Source: Octopus vulgaris
Taxonomy: Eukaryota
NCBI GenBank assembly: GCA_951406725.2
Contig: OX597814.1
Span: 205,468,001-205,532,000 of the forward strand
Reading direction: 5' to 3'
Length of the DNA stretch: 64,000 bases
Part shown: piece by piece, positions 39,914 through 52,384 of the stretch
How positions within the stretch are numbered: the stretch's first letter is position 1
Layout: each line of letters starts with the position of its first letter
Notes under the pieces: model-generated
What the model saw: the letters and a program-made list of their open reading frames with translations, nothing else
Told to the model about the DNA's origin: nothing
The model's database searches: none
Made by a program: the position numbers and the translations under genes

Positions 39914-40319
39914 TATATTAAATTAGAGATAAAAACCACTATTAGGCAAATCATACAATGAAAAACTTAAGCCAATACATAAGATTATTTAATTTATATT
40001 ATTTAAATATATAACAAAATTATTAAAAAAATATAATTAATATAACACTACGATCGTTTCATGGCTGTTAATTTCTTAAAATTTTTGAGTTACAGTCATT
40101 CATCAGGTGGTTTAAATATTTAACTCGCCAAGTTAAATATGTAACTCGAAAATTTTAAGAAATTAACAGCCATGAAACGATCGTAGTGTTATATTAATTA
40201 TATTTTTTTAATAATTTTGTTATATATTTAAATAATATAAATTAAATAATCTTATGTATTGGCTTAAGTTTTTCATTGTATGATTTGCCTAATAGTGGTT
40301 TTATCTCTAATTTAATATA
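39914..40319. repeat. ~400-bp palindrome of inverted Penelope pLTR copies
   Basis: Arms 39914-40093 and 40141-40319 are near-perfect reverse complements; same sequence at 18882-19470. Confidence 0.9.
40044..40110 (-). ncRNA. Penelope-type type I hammerhead ribozyme
   Basis: cac-CUGAUGA-augacugu..acagccau-GAAAC-GAUC-GUA-gug with intact core and palindromic stem III. Confidence 0.75.
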
Positions 40320-40398
40320 TAATATTTTACTATAAAATTGGATTCAATCCTAAATCTGATTTTTCCCTGTAAGTTTGGATTTATTCCCTAATATTTAT

Positions 40399-40440
<42 letters not shown>

Positions 40441-40559
40441 CGTTACCAGTGTCGTCTTACTGGCACTTGAAAAAACATTCGAGTGAAGTCATTGCCAGTA
40501 TGTATATGTTTTGTGTATGTATTCTCATGCATATAGTTGCATATCTAGACATGCTCATA

Positions 40560-40870
40560 TATATTTAAATGATAAACTTCTGGAAAGTTTTACAGATTTT
40601 CACAGTTCCAGTGATGGAATGGATCTGCAGTCTTCAAATCAGCTTTCTCCTTTCTGGTTTTGAGAAGCCTAATTTCTCAAGGTTGGTATTTAGGCAGTGT
40701 GTTACATATCTCAGTGCCTCAATAATTACAGGTATAAACCTAAACTTGTAATTTTGATAAATTATCTGTAGATTCTTCAATAGTTAAGGCAGGTATTTTC
40801 TTTTTTGCTGATCTTTAGCTTTATGTTAACATCCGCTGGGCAGCTGATTTCCACAAATGTGCACAGTTTC
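40560..40870 (-). mobile_element. R4/Dong-like RLE 3' remnant
   Basis: ICGNQLPS / EISCPADVNIK homology to 24700-25362. Confidence 0.7.
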
Positions 40871-41042
40871 TCTTCTCCATCCCAAATCACTATGTCAGGT
40901 ATATTATGTTTACATTTTATTGAGGTCTTCACAGGAACATTCCATCAGTACTCCATTATATTATGAGTGGCTATGGCTCCTACCATACTATGGGTTCTTA
41001 TTTGGTCTTGGGATTATCCTTCCAACAGATGTATGTATGTCA

Positions 41043-41460
41043 GGTCACTTTCGAGTGCTACTGGTAACATGTAACCCAGTACAACCTGTTGCATGGTCGG
41101 GTCGTCGGCGACTAAACTGGCAACCCCACCAAGCTTGATTGGTGAGGAGGGTGTTTATTGGACACCCTGCGGGATGAAACACAAAACCCGTCAAAGGGCG
41201 GAGGAACTCTTGAGAGTTAACAGCCATCCAATAAATGTCTTAAGGCTGTATCATGTGCAGGGACATAGAAATAATCAGATTGAATACCCGATCGTGCAGT
41301 TAAAACCATTGGGAGTGAAGGATTCCTAGCCTTTGTTAGGGCATCCTTCTAGGAGAAGGTAACTCAGGTAACTGGGATAACTCCGACATAAAACCTGCAG
41401 CTCAGTGGTTACCGATGATGCTGACTTGTTCTTCTTTTCGGATTATGGCTGCTGCTGCTT
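41043..41460 (+). mobile_element. RTE-5'UTR-like element starting with an HDV-like ribozyme candidate
   Basis: Contains ctaggagaaggtaactc..aaacctg typical of RTE 5'UTRs; HDV-like nested pairing at 41043-41120. Confidence 0.5.
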
Positions 41461-42603
41461 AGTGAGTGGGATTGACTCAGTGCACAGCCTTTCTTCAATT
41501 TAAAAAAAACTTCTTGCACAGGCATTGCACGATAACAACATTGATTAAGCTTCGTGCAATGGCCATACTCAATAACGAGGGGGCAGCCACCATGTATGTA
41601 TGTATGTATGTGTGTGTGTGTGCATGTATGCATATGTGTGCGTGCATGTGTGTGTGTGTAAGTATATGATGGTCTACTTTCAGTTCCCATAAAAAAAAAA
41701 TCCACTCAGAAGGCTTTGGTTGGCCTGGGGCTATAATGGAAGACATTTGCCCCAAGTGTTGCTCAGTGGGACTGAACCTAAGACGACATTGTTGGGTAAC
41801 AAGCTTCTTAACCACACAGCCACACCTGTGCCTCTTTGGGTTTGGAATCATGATCACTGGATAAAGGACAGACTCTGCTGTTTTATGTATCTGTTTTCAT
41901 TGAATGTATTGGAAGTTAAAGGAATCAAGAAATTGGAACCAGAGTAGAGTTGTGAAAGATTCTTGGAAGTCACATTTTATGAGGTCAAAACAAAAATGAA
42001 TGATTAAATTAAAAGGTTTAGAAGCTAATTTTTTTTTATTTACTAATTTCATAACTTGAGGGTGTGGTCTGACACAGCTTCACCACCATCCTCTTTCTCT
42101 TCCAACTGGGGTTACTGTATATCTCCCCTACTGCAAGTCACCTGTCCCTGTCCACTTATATTTTAACATCTTGTTACCAGGCTTAAAGCCACCTCCTTCG
42201 GTACTACTCCCTATCCTCAGTCGAGTGGGGGCCATGTAAAAAGCACTCCATACATTTTGTAAAAGGGTTGGTAAGAAGAAGGTGCATTCAGCCTTAGAGA
42301 CCCTAAAGTAGACATAAGAGCTCATTGGATCTTGCTGTGCCATCCAACCCATACCAGCATAGAAGACGGACAACAAATGATGATGATGATGATGACTAGG
42401 AAAAAAAGTCCCATTGGTTTCTTATGTACTTATAGACACAGGCAGAAGAAATAGGTGAGCCTGTATAGGGATTACTAGCTTCAGATCCCTTAAAAATATT
42501 TCAATTCACAGTATTTATCTTCCTAAATATGTGAGTCTCTTCATGGTGGATTGCTAGAAATAATAGTTAAATCCCACCAGATAACATGTAATTATCATTA
42601 TCA

Positions 42604-43095
42604 TAATCATAGTTTAACGTCCGTTTTCCACACTGACATGGGTTGGGCGGTTTGACTGGGGACTGGCAAGCCAGGAGGCCTCACCAGGCTCCAATCTGAT
42701 CTGGCAATGTTTCTACAGCTGGATGCTCTTCTTAAGGCCAGCCACTCTGAGAGTGTAGTAGGTACTTTTTACGTACCACCAACACAGGAGCCAGTCGGGG
42801 CAAGGGAGCTGGCATCAACCATGTTCGGATGGTGCTTTTTATGTACCATCGGCATGGGAGCCAGTTAAGCAATGCTAGCATTGGCCATGTTTGGATCGTG
42901 CTTTCTACATGCCACTGGTACAGGAGCCTGTCGGGGCAAGGGGGCTGGCATTGACCATGTTCAGATGGTGCTTTTTATGTTCCACTGACACGAGGAGCCA
43001 GTCAGTTGGCACTGGCAATGACCCACGCATGAATGGTGTTTACTGCATGCCACCAGCATGGGAGCTAGTCAGGAGGCACTGGTATCAACCACAAC
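42604..43095 (-). mobile_element. Truncated RTE 3'UTR
   Basis: Reverse complement of the tail and ggtgcttttt repeats; a plus copy lies at 42230-42395. Confidence 0.8.
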
Positions 43096-43508
43096 TACTA
43101 TCTTGAGCAAAAAATAAAGGACACATTAACTAATGTATTTGCTGATATACAAAATAACAAGACAGTCTTTAGTGATATTAGCCCAGTGGTTAGAGGGTTG
43201 CACTCATGACTGCAAGATCACAGTTTAAATTCCTTGCACTGTGTTGTGTTCTTGAGCAAAATACTTCATTTCATTGCTCTGATTTACTCAACTGTAAATG
43301 AATAACACTGTGTCAGACTGGCACCCTGTTTCAAGGGATTGTTGTGAAGTTGGTCACTTGTAATGGAAACTGTAACTGGCCTTATGAATCTTGGGGCTTG
43401 AGACAGCAATGTCTAGGGGTTACCTCTTTCAACTTTATTTGACTGATATACTTTTGATCCGAGATTTGTTTGATCAGGTTTCAATTGAGTTTAAGCAGTA
43501 ACTACAGT

Positions 43509-43903
43509 GGAGGCGCAATGGCCCAGTAGTTAGGGCAGTGGACTCGCGGTCAGTTTCGATTCCCAGACTGGGCGTTGTGTGTATTTATTGAGCGAAAACA
43601 CTTAAAGCTCCACGAGGCTCCGGCAGGGGGTGGTGGCGACTCCTGTTGTACTCTTTCACTCCAACTTTCTCTCACTCTTTCTTCCTGTTTCTTGTCCCCA
43701 ACTTCCTACACAACCGCTGAACCTGGATGTGCATTCATCCATCTGTCGATGCTCTTGGTGTCAGGGGTTGACCTGTTTTCTCTTCTGCGGGTCTTACAAA
43801 TTGCAAAGGATCACGTTTCGGACTTCTACAGACAATCCTGAGGCACGATCTTGAGAGCTCTGGGATGAAGACCGCTTCGCTCAACAAACAAACAAACAAA
43901 CAA
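43509..43903 (+). mobile_element. tRNA-derived SINE with (CAAA)n tail
   Basis: ggcgcaatggcccagtagttagggc A-box, ttcgattccc B-box, aaca tail. Confidence 0.75.
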
Positions 43904-43974
43904 GCAGCAACAACAACAATAGCAACTACTTTTCAGTGATCTTCAAGATATGGTATAAAGTTAAAACAATTTAC

Positions 43975-44106
43975 CATTTACTGGTGCCAAATCATCTGTG
44001 TGAAGTCTGTATTTACTAACTGGCTTGTGTATAAATTTCATTTTCTCGTAGACTCTACTGTCCAGTCCATACAAGGGAGTCCTCTTTAAATGTTCAAGAT
44101 AATAAG
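43975..44106 (-). CDS. Coding exon of host gene (YYLEHLKRTPLYGLDSRVYEKMKFIHKPVSKYRLHTDDLAPVN), phase 1-1
   Basis: Acceptor atttatttcttgcttctag, donor G|GTAAAT, 132 nt open. Confidence 0.75.
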
Positions 44107-44723
44107 CTAGAAGCAAGAAATAAATGCAATCAGATTCAACCAAATACAATCCTGTAGTTGTGCAATTATATTGTAATTTACACAATCGATTATTAATTAA
44201 TAGACAGGCATGAGCAAGACTAAGAAAACCACTCAAGTGTGCCATTGTGCTTTTGTCAGTTCATCTCCTATGAGATTGTCTTATCTTTTTATGACTTGAT
44301 TAAAGATATATCTTTATCAAAGCAAAAATAGTAACAGCTCATTGTATATTTATCAAAATAATTATTTTCTTATTTTTTATTCTTTTATATGTGTTTTATG
44401 TATGATTAACTATACATAGGTCCATTACCTATATAAAAAAAATGAACTGTATCCATTCCATGGCATTCCAAACTATAAAACCTTGTATACAACCAGCTAC
44501 AGGCAAATAATGAGATGCATTATTATCAGACCAAGTGAAACTGAGTTCTGAAAAGTTTCCTGGCAAGACACATCTGCACCAAAGGATACATCACAACCAG
44601 TCGTCCAAAATCTTGCGTGTGAGAGATGGTCCAAGGTGGGTTGAAATGAATGTTATGATTATTAAAGTGTCTTGTGAACTCCCTTTTCTCTTTTTCTCTT
44701 ATTGGTTATATATATATATATAT

Positions 44724-44930
44724 AGTTAATCCAAACATGACAACACAAAGAGAAAACACAACAATGTAAGGACGTGGAACAAGTATAGTGTTATTGGACA
44801 CTCAAGAAAGGAAGGAAAGAAGGAGGATTAAACGTTTCAAGTGGAGCTTTTCATCAGAAACATAGGAAAAGGAAAGATCCAAAGAAGGGAAGACAGAGGA
44901 AAAAAATCGCCAACGATACACACACGGTTG
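44724..44930 (-). mobile_element. Short pLTR-like repeat with minimal hammerhead (44827-44861)
   Basis: gttt-CTGATGA-aaagctccactt-GAAACGTT on minus strand; TA-flanked. Confidence 0.6.
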
Positions 44931-44931
44931 C

Positions 44932-44963
<32 letters not shown>

Positions 44964-44976
44964 CTATGTATCTATG

Positions 44977-45009
<33 letters not shown>

Positions 45010-45052
45010 AACAGTAGTTTGCAATTTTTCACCAAAAAGGAAAATGTCACTA

Positions 45053-45330
45053 AATATGACTAGGATGTTAGAGAAACATTTACATTGCTAGAAATAAGTG
45101 CCAAAATGCTTTAATGCTGTAGTTAATGCACACGAATAAAAACATATCCACTAACAGGGATCATAATCGTCCGGAAAGTGCTGATTGAGAATTCTTGATA
45201 CTGATGCGTCAGTTTCAGTAATTTTCATTACCGTATCAGTTAAACCTGCTTGTGTTAACTACAGCATTAGAGCATTTTAGCTCTTATTTCTAGCAATGTA
45301 TGTGTTTTTCTAATACCTTAGTTGCATATT
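45053..45330. mobile_element. MITE-like inverted repeat (~80-bp arms)
   Basis: acattgctagaaataag..taatgctgtagttaa vs ttaactacagcatta..cttatttctagcaatgt. Confidence 0.7.
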
Positions 45331-45456
45331 GGAAGCAGAAATGGCCATAAGAAATGGTATGTCATAGAAATGTTGTCATGTTTTGATGTGGTCCAATTTG
45401 TTTGTTGATCAAAAGTTTTCTCCATTTTCTGATTATTGAAATTTTACACACATATA

Positions 45457-45629
45457 GGTGCAGGAGTGGCTGTGTGGTAAGTAGCTTGCTTACCAACCAC
45501 ATGGTTCCGAGTTCAGTCCCACTGCGTGGCATCTTGGGCAAGTGTCTTCTTCTATAGCCCCGGGCCGACCAATGCCTTGTGAGTGGATTTGGAAGATGGA
45601 AACTGAAAGAAGCCTCTTGTATATATGTA

Positions 45630-45683
<54 letters not shown>

Positions 45684-45900
45684 ATATGTTTGTTTGTCTG
45701 TGTTTGTCCCCCTAGCATTGCTTGACAACCGATGCTGGTGTGTTTACGTCCCCGTCACTTAGCGGTTCGGCAAAAGAGACCGATAGAATAAGTACTGGGC
45801 TTACAAAGAATAAGTCCCGGGGTCGATTTGCTCGACAAAAGGTGGTGCTCCAGCATGGCCGCAGTCAAATGACTGAAACAAGTAAAAGAGTAAAAGAGTA
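45457..45900 (+). mobile_element. Full-length major tRNA-derived SINE
   Basis: A-box tggctgtgtgg, B-box gttcagtccc, cttgggcaagt core, internal TA/TG microsatellite, (gtaaaaga)n tail. Confidence 0.9.
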
Positions 45901-46704
45901 TATATCTCTTATTATAAAAGGCAGATTTTATCTGCCTCCCTTTGTCAGTTATAGAAATCTACAATATAGGATTTCTTCAATTACAATTTACCTAGCATTT
46001 TTAAGAGTAGGATGCATCGGGTCTTGCCAGGTCCACTTTTTAAAATTTCAACCCCAATTAAGCAAAATTTAGAGAAAACTCACATTGTGGTGTATGAGTC
46101 AAATGCTTTTCTTAGTGTGGGATACGGCACACGCACACGCACGCACACAATGTGCAACGAATAAAGTGAAAGTAATTCACTGTGTGTGTGTTGACAGGAA
46201 GACAATAGAATACGATGGCGATGGCGATGTAATATTTGTTTCTGTCTATGACGCTAATAGATACATGAGTAAAATGTATGGGAAGCTAAGAGATAAGAGT
46301 GAGTGAAAATGGTCTTGGAAGAGAGTAAATAGTGAGAGAGTGATTTGAGGAAGACTTTACATTAAATAACCGTAGTGGCTTGTCAGATGAAGAGGAGTGA
46401 GAGGGTACTGGAGGAAATAGGGTGAGTGAGGAAGATGGCCCCTAGCAACCACACCTTTTAAGATAGGGATTTCTAAGGTAGCCCACGAGCATCGTCACCT
46501 CATTCTACATGTCCCTGTAAATTTTGGAGCGAATCGGACGGGATAAAGTTATCTCTAAGAAAGAGAAAGATCGCCCAAAAGTGTATATAGATATTTAAAT
46601 GTATTTATATATTCATCTATACACACATGTATGTATAATGTGCGTGTATATATTTCCATAGAGGTAACCATTCAATCTATACAAAGTTTTTTAGGACGAA
46701 AATA

Positions 46705-47549
46705 TTTATATATAAAAGAAAGGTTGTGTGTCTGTCTACTCCGATTTAGATTCCTAACTACTCCCACATTTTGCGATGCAGTTTAACCAAAACCGGGTAT
46801 CTTATAGTCGTGCTTCATATCGAGCCCTTCTGGGTATTAGCGCGCGTCTACGATGAGTCTATGATTTTACAAATAATTTACCATCATTTTTTTCCATTTT
46901 AATGCATATTTTTTTAAATAAAGGGAAGTAACTCTCAAACTTCACACCAATATGCGTGCTCATATGCGACGTAATATCACATCAGCAGCATTTCCTCACA
47001 CCCTCCTTGCACTTGGCGAAGGCAAAATACCAGGGGATGAAAATGGTAATATTGCCATCGATTCCATTTGTAACATTGTTAAGACGCCTTCTGATCTCAG
47101 AGATGCAGTGTTCCCAGATCTACAAGCTAATTATCAGAATATGGATTGGATTGGCAAAAAGGCTATACTGGCCCCGAGGAATAAAACTGTTCACCATATT
47201 AATGATGAAATGCTAAAACTCATTCCTGGGGAAGTCTATGTATATCAGTCTATCGATACAACTCCTGACCCAGAGGACGTCATCAACTATCCAATAGAGG
47301 TACTCAATTCCTTTGAGCACCCCGGACTACCACCACACTTTCTCAAACTTAAAGTTGGTGCCCCTATAATGCTCATCAGAAATTTGGTTCCCCCAAAACA
47401 ATGCAATGGCACACGTTTGATCGTTAAGTCCTTATCTCCCACCGTAAACTTATATCAATATTTGCCTGAATAATCATCATAATTCAGTGCAATCATTAAC
47501 AGTACTTTCAAGCAATTCAACCCCGAGCAACGCCGGGCAATTCTGCTAG
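46705..47549 (+). mobile_element. Helitron derivative with PIF1-like helicase fragment (46952-47473)
   Basis: AILAPRN..INDE, GLPPHFLKLKVGAPIMLIRNL..CNGTRL motifs; 3' hairpin cccgagcaacgccggg followed by CTAG|T. Confidence 0.9.
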
Positions 47550-47908
47550 TATATATATAGACGGCAAAATGTCTGTGTGCGTGTCCTTTATACAAATCCA
47601 CAATTTTTCAGTTAGAGGGCTCGCATTTTCTATGGTCATTCAAAACCGTCCAAGGGTGGTCGTGCACATCTTTACATTTCCCCAGTCACCCCGCAAATCC
47701 ATTAAAAAATCAATAGAAGTGACTTTTTTGTGAATTTTCTATCCAAAACCCAATCAAAATGCCCGAAACTTGATACGCCAATTGAGTGCCTGCTAGCTGT
47801 ATGTGATTGGTTGGAGATTTGGACAGTACTCACGTGTATGTATGCACACACGCAGCTGTATATGCATGCACTAGCACTATGACCCGGCGTTGCCAGGTCA
47901 TTGTGCTA

Positions 47909-47909
<1 letters not shown>
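47550..47909 (+). mobile_element. Non-autonomous Helitron-like element
   Basis: Ends in a hairpin and CTAG|T. Confidence 0.65.
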
Positions 47910-47987
<78 letters not shown>

Positions 47988-48017
47988 TATATGTACATAC
48001 TTACACATATATATGTA

Positions 48018-48365
48018 CTAGCAGTATCACCCGGCGTTGCTCGGGTTTGTTTTGACCTGCTGGAATTGTAATTTTGAAAAGTTATAATTTTGTGAACATT
48101 TTTCTGGTCGAAATACACCGAAAAGTGGCGACACAGCAGTGAAAAAATCGTAAAAAATAGGGATTTTTATAGAAAAAAGCATCTTTTTGATGTAAATAAT
48201 TTTTGGTGTTAACATGGTCCGATTTGAATTTTATGTTCTACGGAAGGAAGAGCAACCCTTCTTCTATCATACTCTCAATTTTGGTCAACTTGCGCCGCAG
48301 GGTCTCGGAGGAGATAGTGTTAGTTGAAGGTTACCAAACGTGGCGCACACAGCTTTATATAGAGA
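48018..48365 (-). mobile_element. Non-autonomous Helitron
   Basis: 5' TCTCTATATAAAG and 3' cccgagcaacgccggg..CTAG|T on minus strand. Confidence 0.75.
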
Positions 48366-50179
48366 TAAAACTTAAATAATAATTTTTTTTACACAAACGC
48401 GAACGGGGAAAAGGGGGTGGCGAATTCGATTTTTTTATTTTCGTTGAATGAATATAAAAAATGTATAATATATGTTGTACATACCTAAATTTTTTTCTTT
48501 TTCATGACATTGTAGCAAAATAGTAGTGAATTATATAAATACCAGCAGTACATTTTTTTTTCTGGGGTATTTTTTTCAACCTCGTCACATATTTGCCCCT
48601 TTCAATTTAAACAAAGTCTTAATTAAGCAATTACGGCAGCTTAGCAATGGTTTCAATACAGGCGTGACATCTGTATCTCAATTGTTCAAAACCCTTCGAA
48701 TTTTTTCGCACGTGATGATATCATAGTGAAAACTTTCAATTACACGTGCTTAGAAGTACGCTCGCAAATTAATACTACCAAAATTTTGAAGTTCGCGCTC
48801 CGCTTGTGTGTGTGTGTGTGTGCGTGCTTTAGGTGTACGTAGGTATGTGTTTTTGTGTGTGTGTGTCACTGAAGCCATACATACATATATACATACATAA
48901 CCTCTCTCTCTCTTTTCTCTCTCAGTCACTCACTACAAAAAGTGAATAAAAAAAGTTCAGTTATTTCTGTCTTTCACTCTCTCTGTCTCTTTACACACAC
49001 TAACAAAAGCACTTCACTTACACACCACACTTTCTGTGTCGCACAACCCATCAAACACACACACACACACACTCACGCACGCACACATTTACATCAATGC
49101 TTTCGGAGTGAAATATTAAAATATTGAGTTTTCTCGAATTTTGTCTTAATTGGGGGTGAAATTGAAAGAAATTTGTTATGGCATGACTGAATGGAGTACT
49201 TTAAAAAATCTTATGTAAACTCTAATTGAAGAAATTGTGTGAGGAGTAAATCGTTATGTATTTATTTGTTTCTGTTTGCTGTGTTTTTTTTATTTTTTGA
49301 GTAGTGGTTTAAGGTACACTTGCAAAGAGAAAGTGGGAGAAATTATGTTGATAGCATGCGTGATCCGTTTTATAGAAATACTTTCAGTTTAGTCTTCCTC
49401 AAATCACTCTGTCGCTATTTACTCTCTTCCAAGAACATTTTCACTCACTCTTATCTCTTAGCTTGCCATACATTTTACTCATGTATCTATCAGCGTGATA
49501 GACAGAAACAAATATTACATCGCCATCGCATTCTATTGTCTACCTGTCAACACAGTGAATTACTTTCGCTTTATTCGTTGCACACTGTGTGTGTGCGTGT
49601 GCGTGTGGTGTAAACCACATTAAGAAAAGCATTTGACATACACACCAGAATGTGAGTTTTCTGTAAATTTTGCTTAATTGGAGTTTAAATTTTAAAAAGT
49701 GGACCTGGCATGACCCGATGCATTCTACTCTTAAAAATGCTAGGTAAATTGTAATTGAAGAAATCCTATATTGTAGATTTCTATAACTGACAAAGGGAGG
49801 CAGATAAAATCTGCCTTTTATAATAAGATATATATATATATATATAGGCATATATGGGTACAGGATGACATAGAATGTAAACAACATGAAATATGAAATA
49901 CGTAAACATGGAATATGATCTTTTTTTGCGAACAACAAAAGAAACAAATGGAAAACAAGACAAGTAACATAAAGAAAAACCCTTCATCATATCATTTTGT
50001 AAGAATAGTGATGATAATCTTCACTACAAACTTCATAAAATTATAATAAGTATGTATTCAACAAAAAACAATCTCATTGATGTGTGTGTATTTGCATGCA
50101 TGTGTGTGTGTGTGTGTGTGTTTATGAATGTCTCTTTGTCTTGACATTTACAAAACTGTGATGTCACAGGTGGGAGAGC

Positions 50180-51860
50180 AAAGGAGGAACCTAGTTTCAA
50201 TGTGGCTAGACTCTGTTCCTCACTCATGGATTACAGAAACTTTCAACTTGCTAAAGTTCCAGTGAGAATAGTCAAAACCATAACTGACCTGACATCATTG
50301 TGGGCCGCTATCTTGAAATTAAACACAAACAGTGACTGTACTATCACTGACAGAATACAGTGTCACAAAGGCATATTCCAAGGGGACAGCCTCTCTGGGA
50401 TGTTGTTTATACTTTCTGAAAACCCCTTGTCATTCATGTTAAGGATGTCTGAGGAATATCTCACTGGTTCACAAGGAAACAGACATGCCAAAACTACACA
50501 CTGTTTCTTTGTGGCTGGTTTCAAACTATATGCCATGAATGTGTATGAGATGAAAAAAAAAAGCCTTGGCCTAGTTACGACATTCTCAAAGGAAGTAGGG
50601 TTGGAGTTTGGTCAGGATAAATGTTATAAGGTTGTGAAAAGGGGTAAAACTATAAACCAGACCAACAACATCTCCGTCAATGATTTAATTGATTCCTCTA
50701 TATCTAATGAGGAATATTACTGATATCTGGGGGTGCATGAATACATATCTTATATTGGCACTTGTAACAAAACACATGCCACAAAAGAATATCACAGCCA
50801 AATAAAGAAAATTTAGACCTCAGAACTCTCTGCATTCAATGAAACAGTGGCCCACAATGTGTTTGCAGTGTCAGTGTTCATACCAACATTTGTGCTGCTT
50901 GATTGGATGCTCGATGAGATCTGAGCCATTGATGTGAAATCCCAGAAAATACTAACAAGCACACATAATTTCCACATAAACAGTGATGTAGACTGCCTCT
51001 ACTTAAAGCGAAAACAAGGCAGCAGTGGTTTGACATTGATCCAAAACGCCTTTCAATGTCACATAATATACCTTCAGTAACATCTTTTACACACCAAGTG
51101 TTGAAGTCCATGTCTTGACAAAGTTTGCATCCATGAGTCTGATAACATCATAAGACTTGGAAGGCAGCTCCTTGAGCAGCACTCCTTGTCTGAGAACCTA
51201 GAATACATACTCAAATAAGTTGCACGACTCTACTGCAACGTATCATCGGATGAAAGGATGAGCCTATATGAGCAGAAGACTATGCATGGTTATGTTAATA
51301 TATTTCTTTACTGCCCACAAGGGGCTAAACATAGAGGGGACAAACAAGGACAGACAAAGGGATTAAGTGGATTATATCGATCCCAGTGCGTAACTGGTAC
51401 TTTATTTATCGACCCCGAAAGGATGAAAGGCAAAGTCAACCTCGGCAGAATTTGAACTCAGAATGTAACGACAGACGAAATATGGCTGCGCATTTCGCCC
51501 GGCGTGCTAACGTTTCTGCTGAAAGCTCCGTGATGATAGTAACATCGAGCATCAAAGCTTTCCATCATAGAGGCCAGCTGCCCTGTAGATATGAATATCT
51601 CTTTGAAAATCAAAGAAAAAAAGGATATCTATGGACAACTGCTTTGAAACCTCCAGCTTCTATATCCAGACTATGAATTCATATTCATACCGATAATAAT
51701 TGGAGCTCTAGATTTTGTTAGTAAATGCTTAAAGGAGAATCTGGATAAACTGGGATTTCCAGAAAGAGAAATTGACTGGCTGATTCATACATTACAAGTT
51801 CAATCTGTGAGTGGAACAGTAAAAATATGCAAGACTTTTCTCAAGTTCCAAATGTGTATT
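50180..51860 (+). mobile_element. Degraded R4/Dong-like LINE (RT to RLE) with a nested SINE at 51300-51520
   Basis: GIFQGDSLS..LF, GLEFGQDKC, YLG motifs; RLE C-terminus. Confidence 0.8.
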
Positions 51861-52074
51861 TGTCTGTATTAACTACATACCAAAGATGGAGCCTTGTATT
51901 TTTGTTGGAAACCAGCTCCCTCCTCAGTGGAAGATTTATAATAATTAAGAAATAGAAGAGACGTATATACAAACAAAAATATCCTGTTGTTGATGTTGAA
52001 ATTCCAGTGAAGGTTAAAAACTGGCTCTTCCTCTATTGGCAACAAATCTTGAAATAAAACTGAACAACGAAATA

Positions 52075-52351
52075 CATGCATACATACATACATACATACA
52101 TACATACATACATACACATACATACATACATACATACACATACATACATACACACACACACACATACATACATACATACACACATACATACATACATACA
52201 TACACATACATACATACATACATACACATACATACATACACACACACATACATACATACATACATACATACATACACATATACACACACACACACATACA
52301 TACATACATACATACATACACATACACATACACATACATACATACACACAC

Positions 52352-52384
<33 letters not shown>

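Larger units (their letters stand above)
45905..49829. repeat. Inverted ~450-bp arms (45905-46356 / 49391-49829) bracketing the Helitron nest
   Basis: tcttattataaaaggcagattttatctgcctccc.. present in both orientations. Confidence 0.85.

Noticed and set aside
45457-45530. tRNA-like sequences (also 26360-26433, 43509-43575)
   Set aside because: SINE heads with A/B boxes but no complete cloverleaf; they continue into SINE bodies
46952-47473. Host PIF1 helicase gene
   Set aside because: Fragment only, followed directly by a Helitron 3' terminus; transposon-derived
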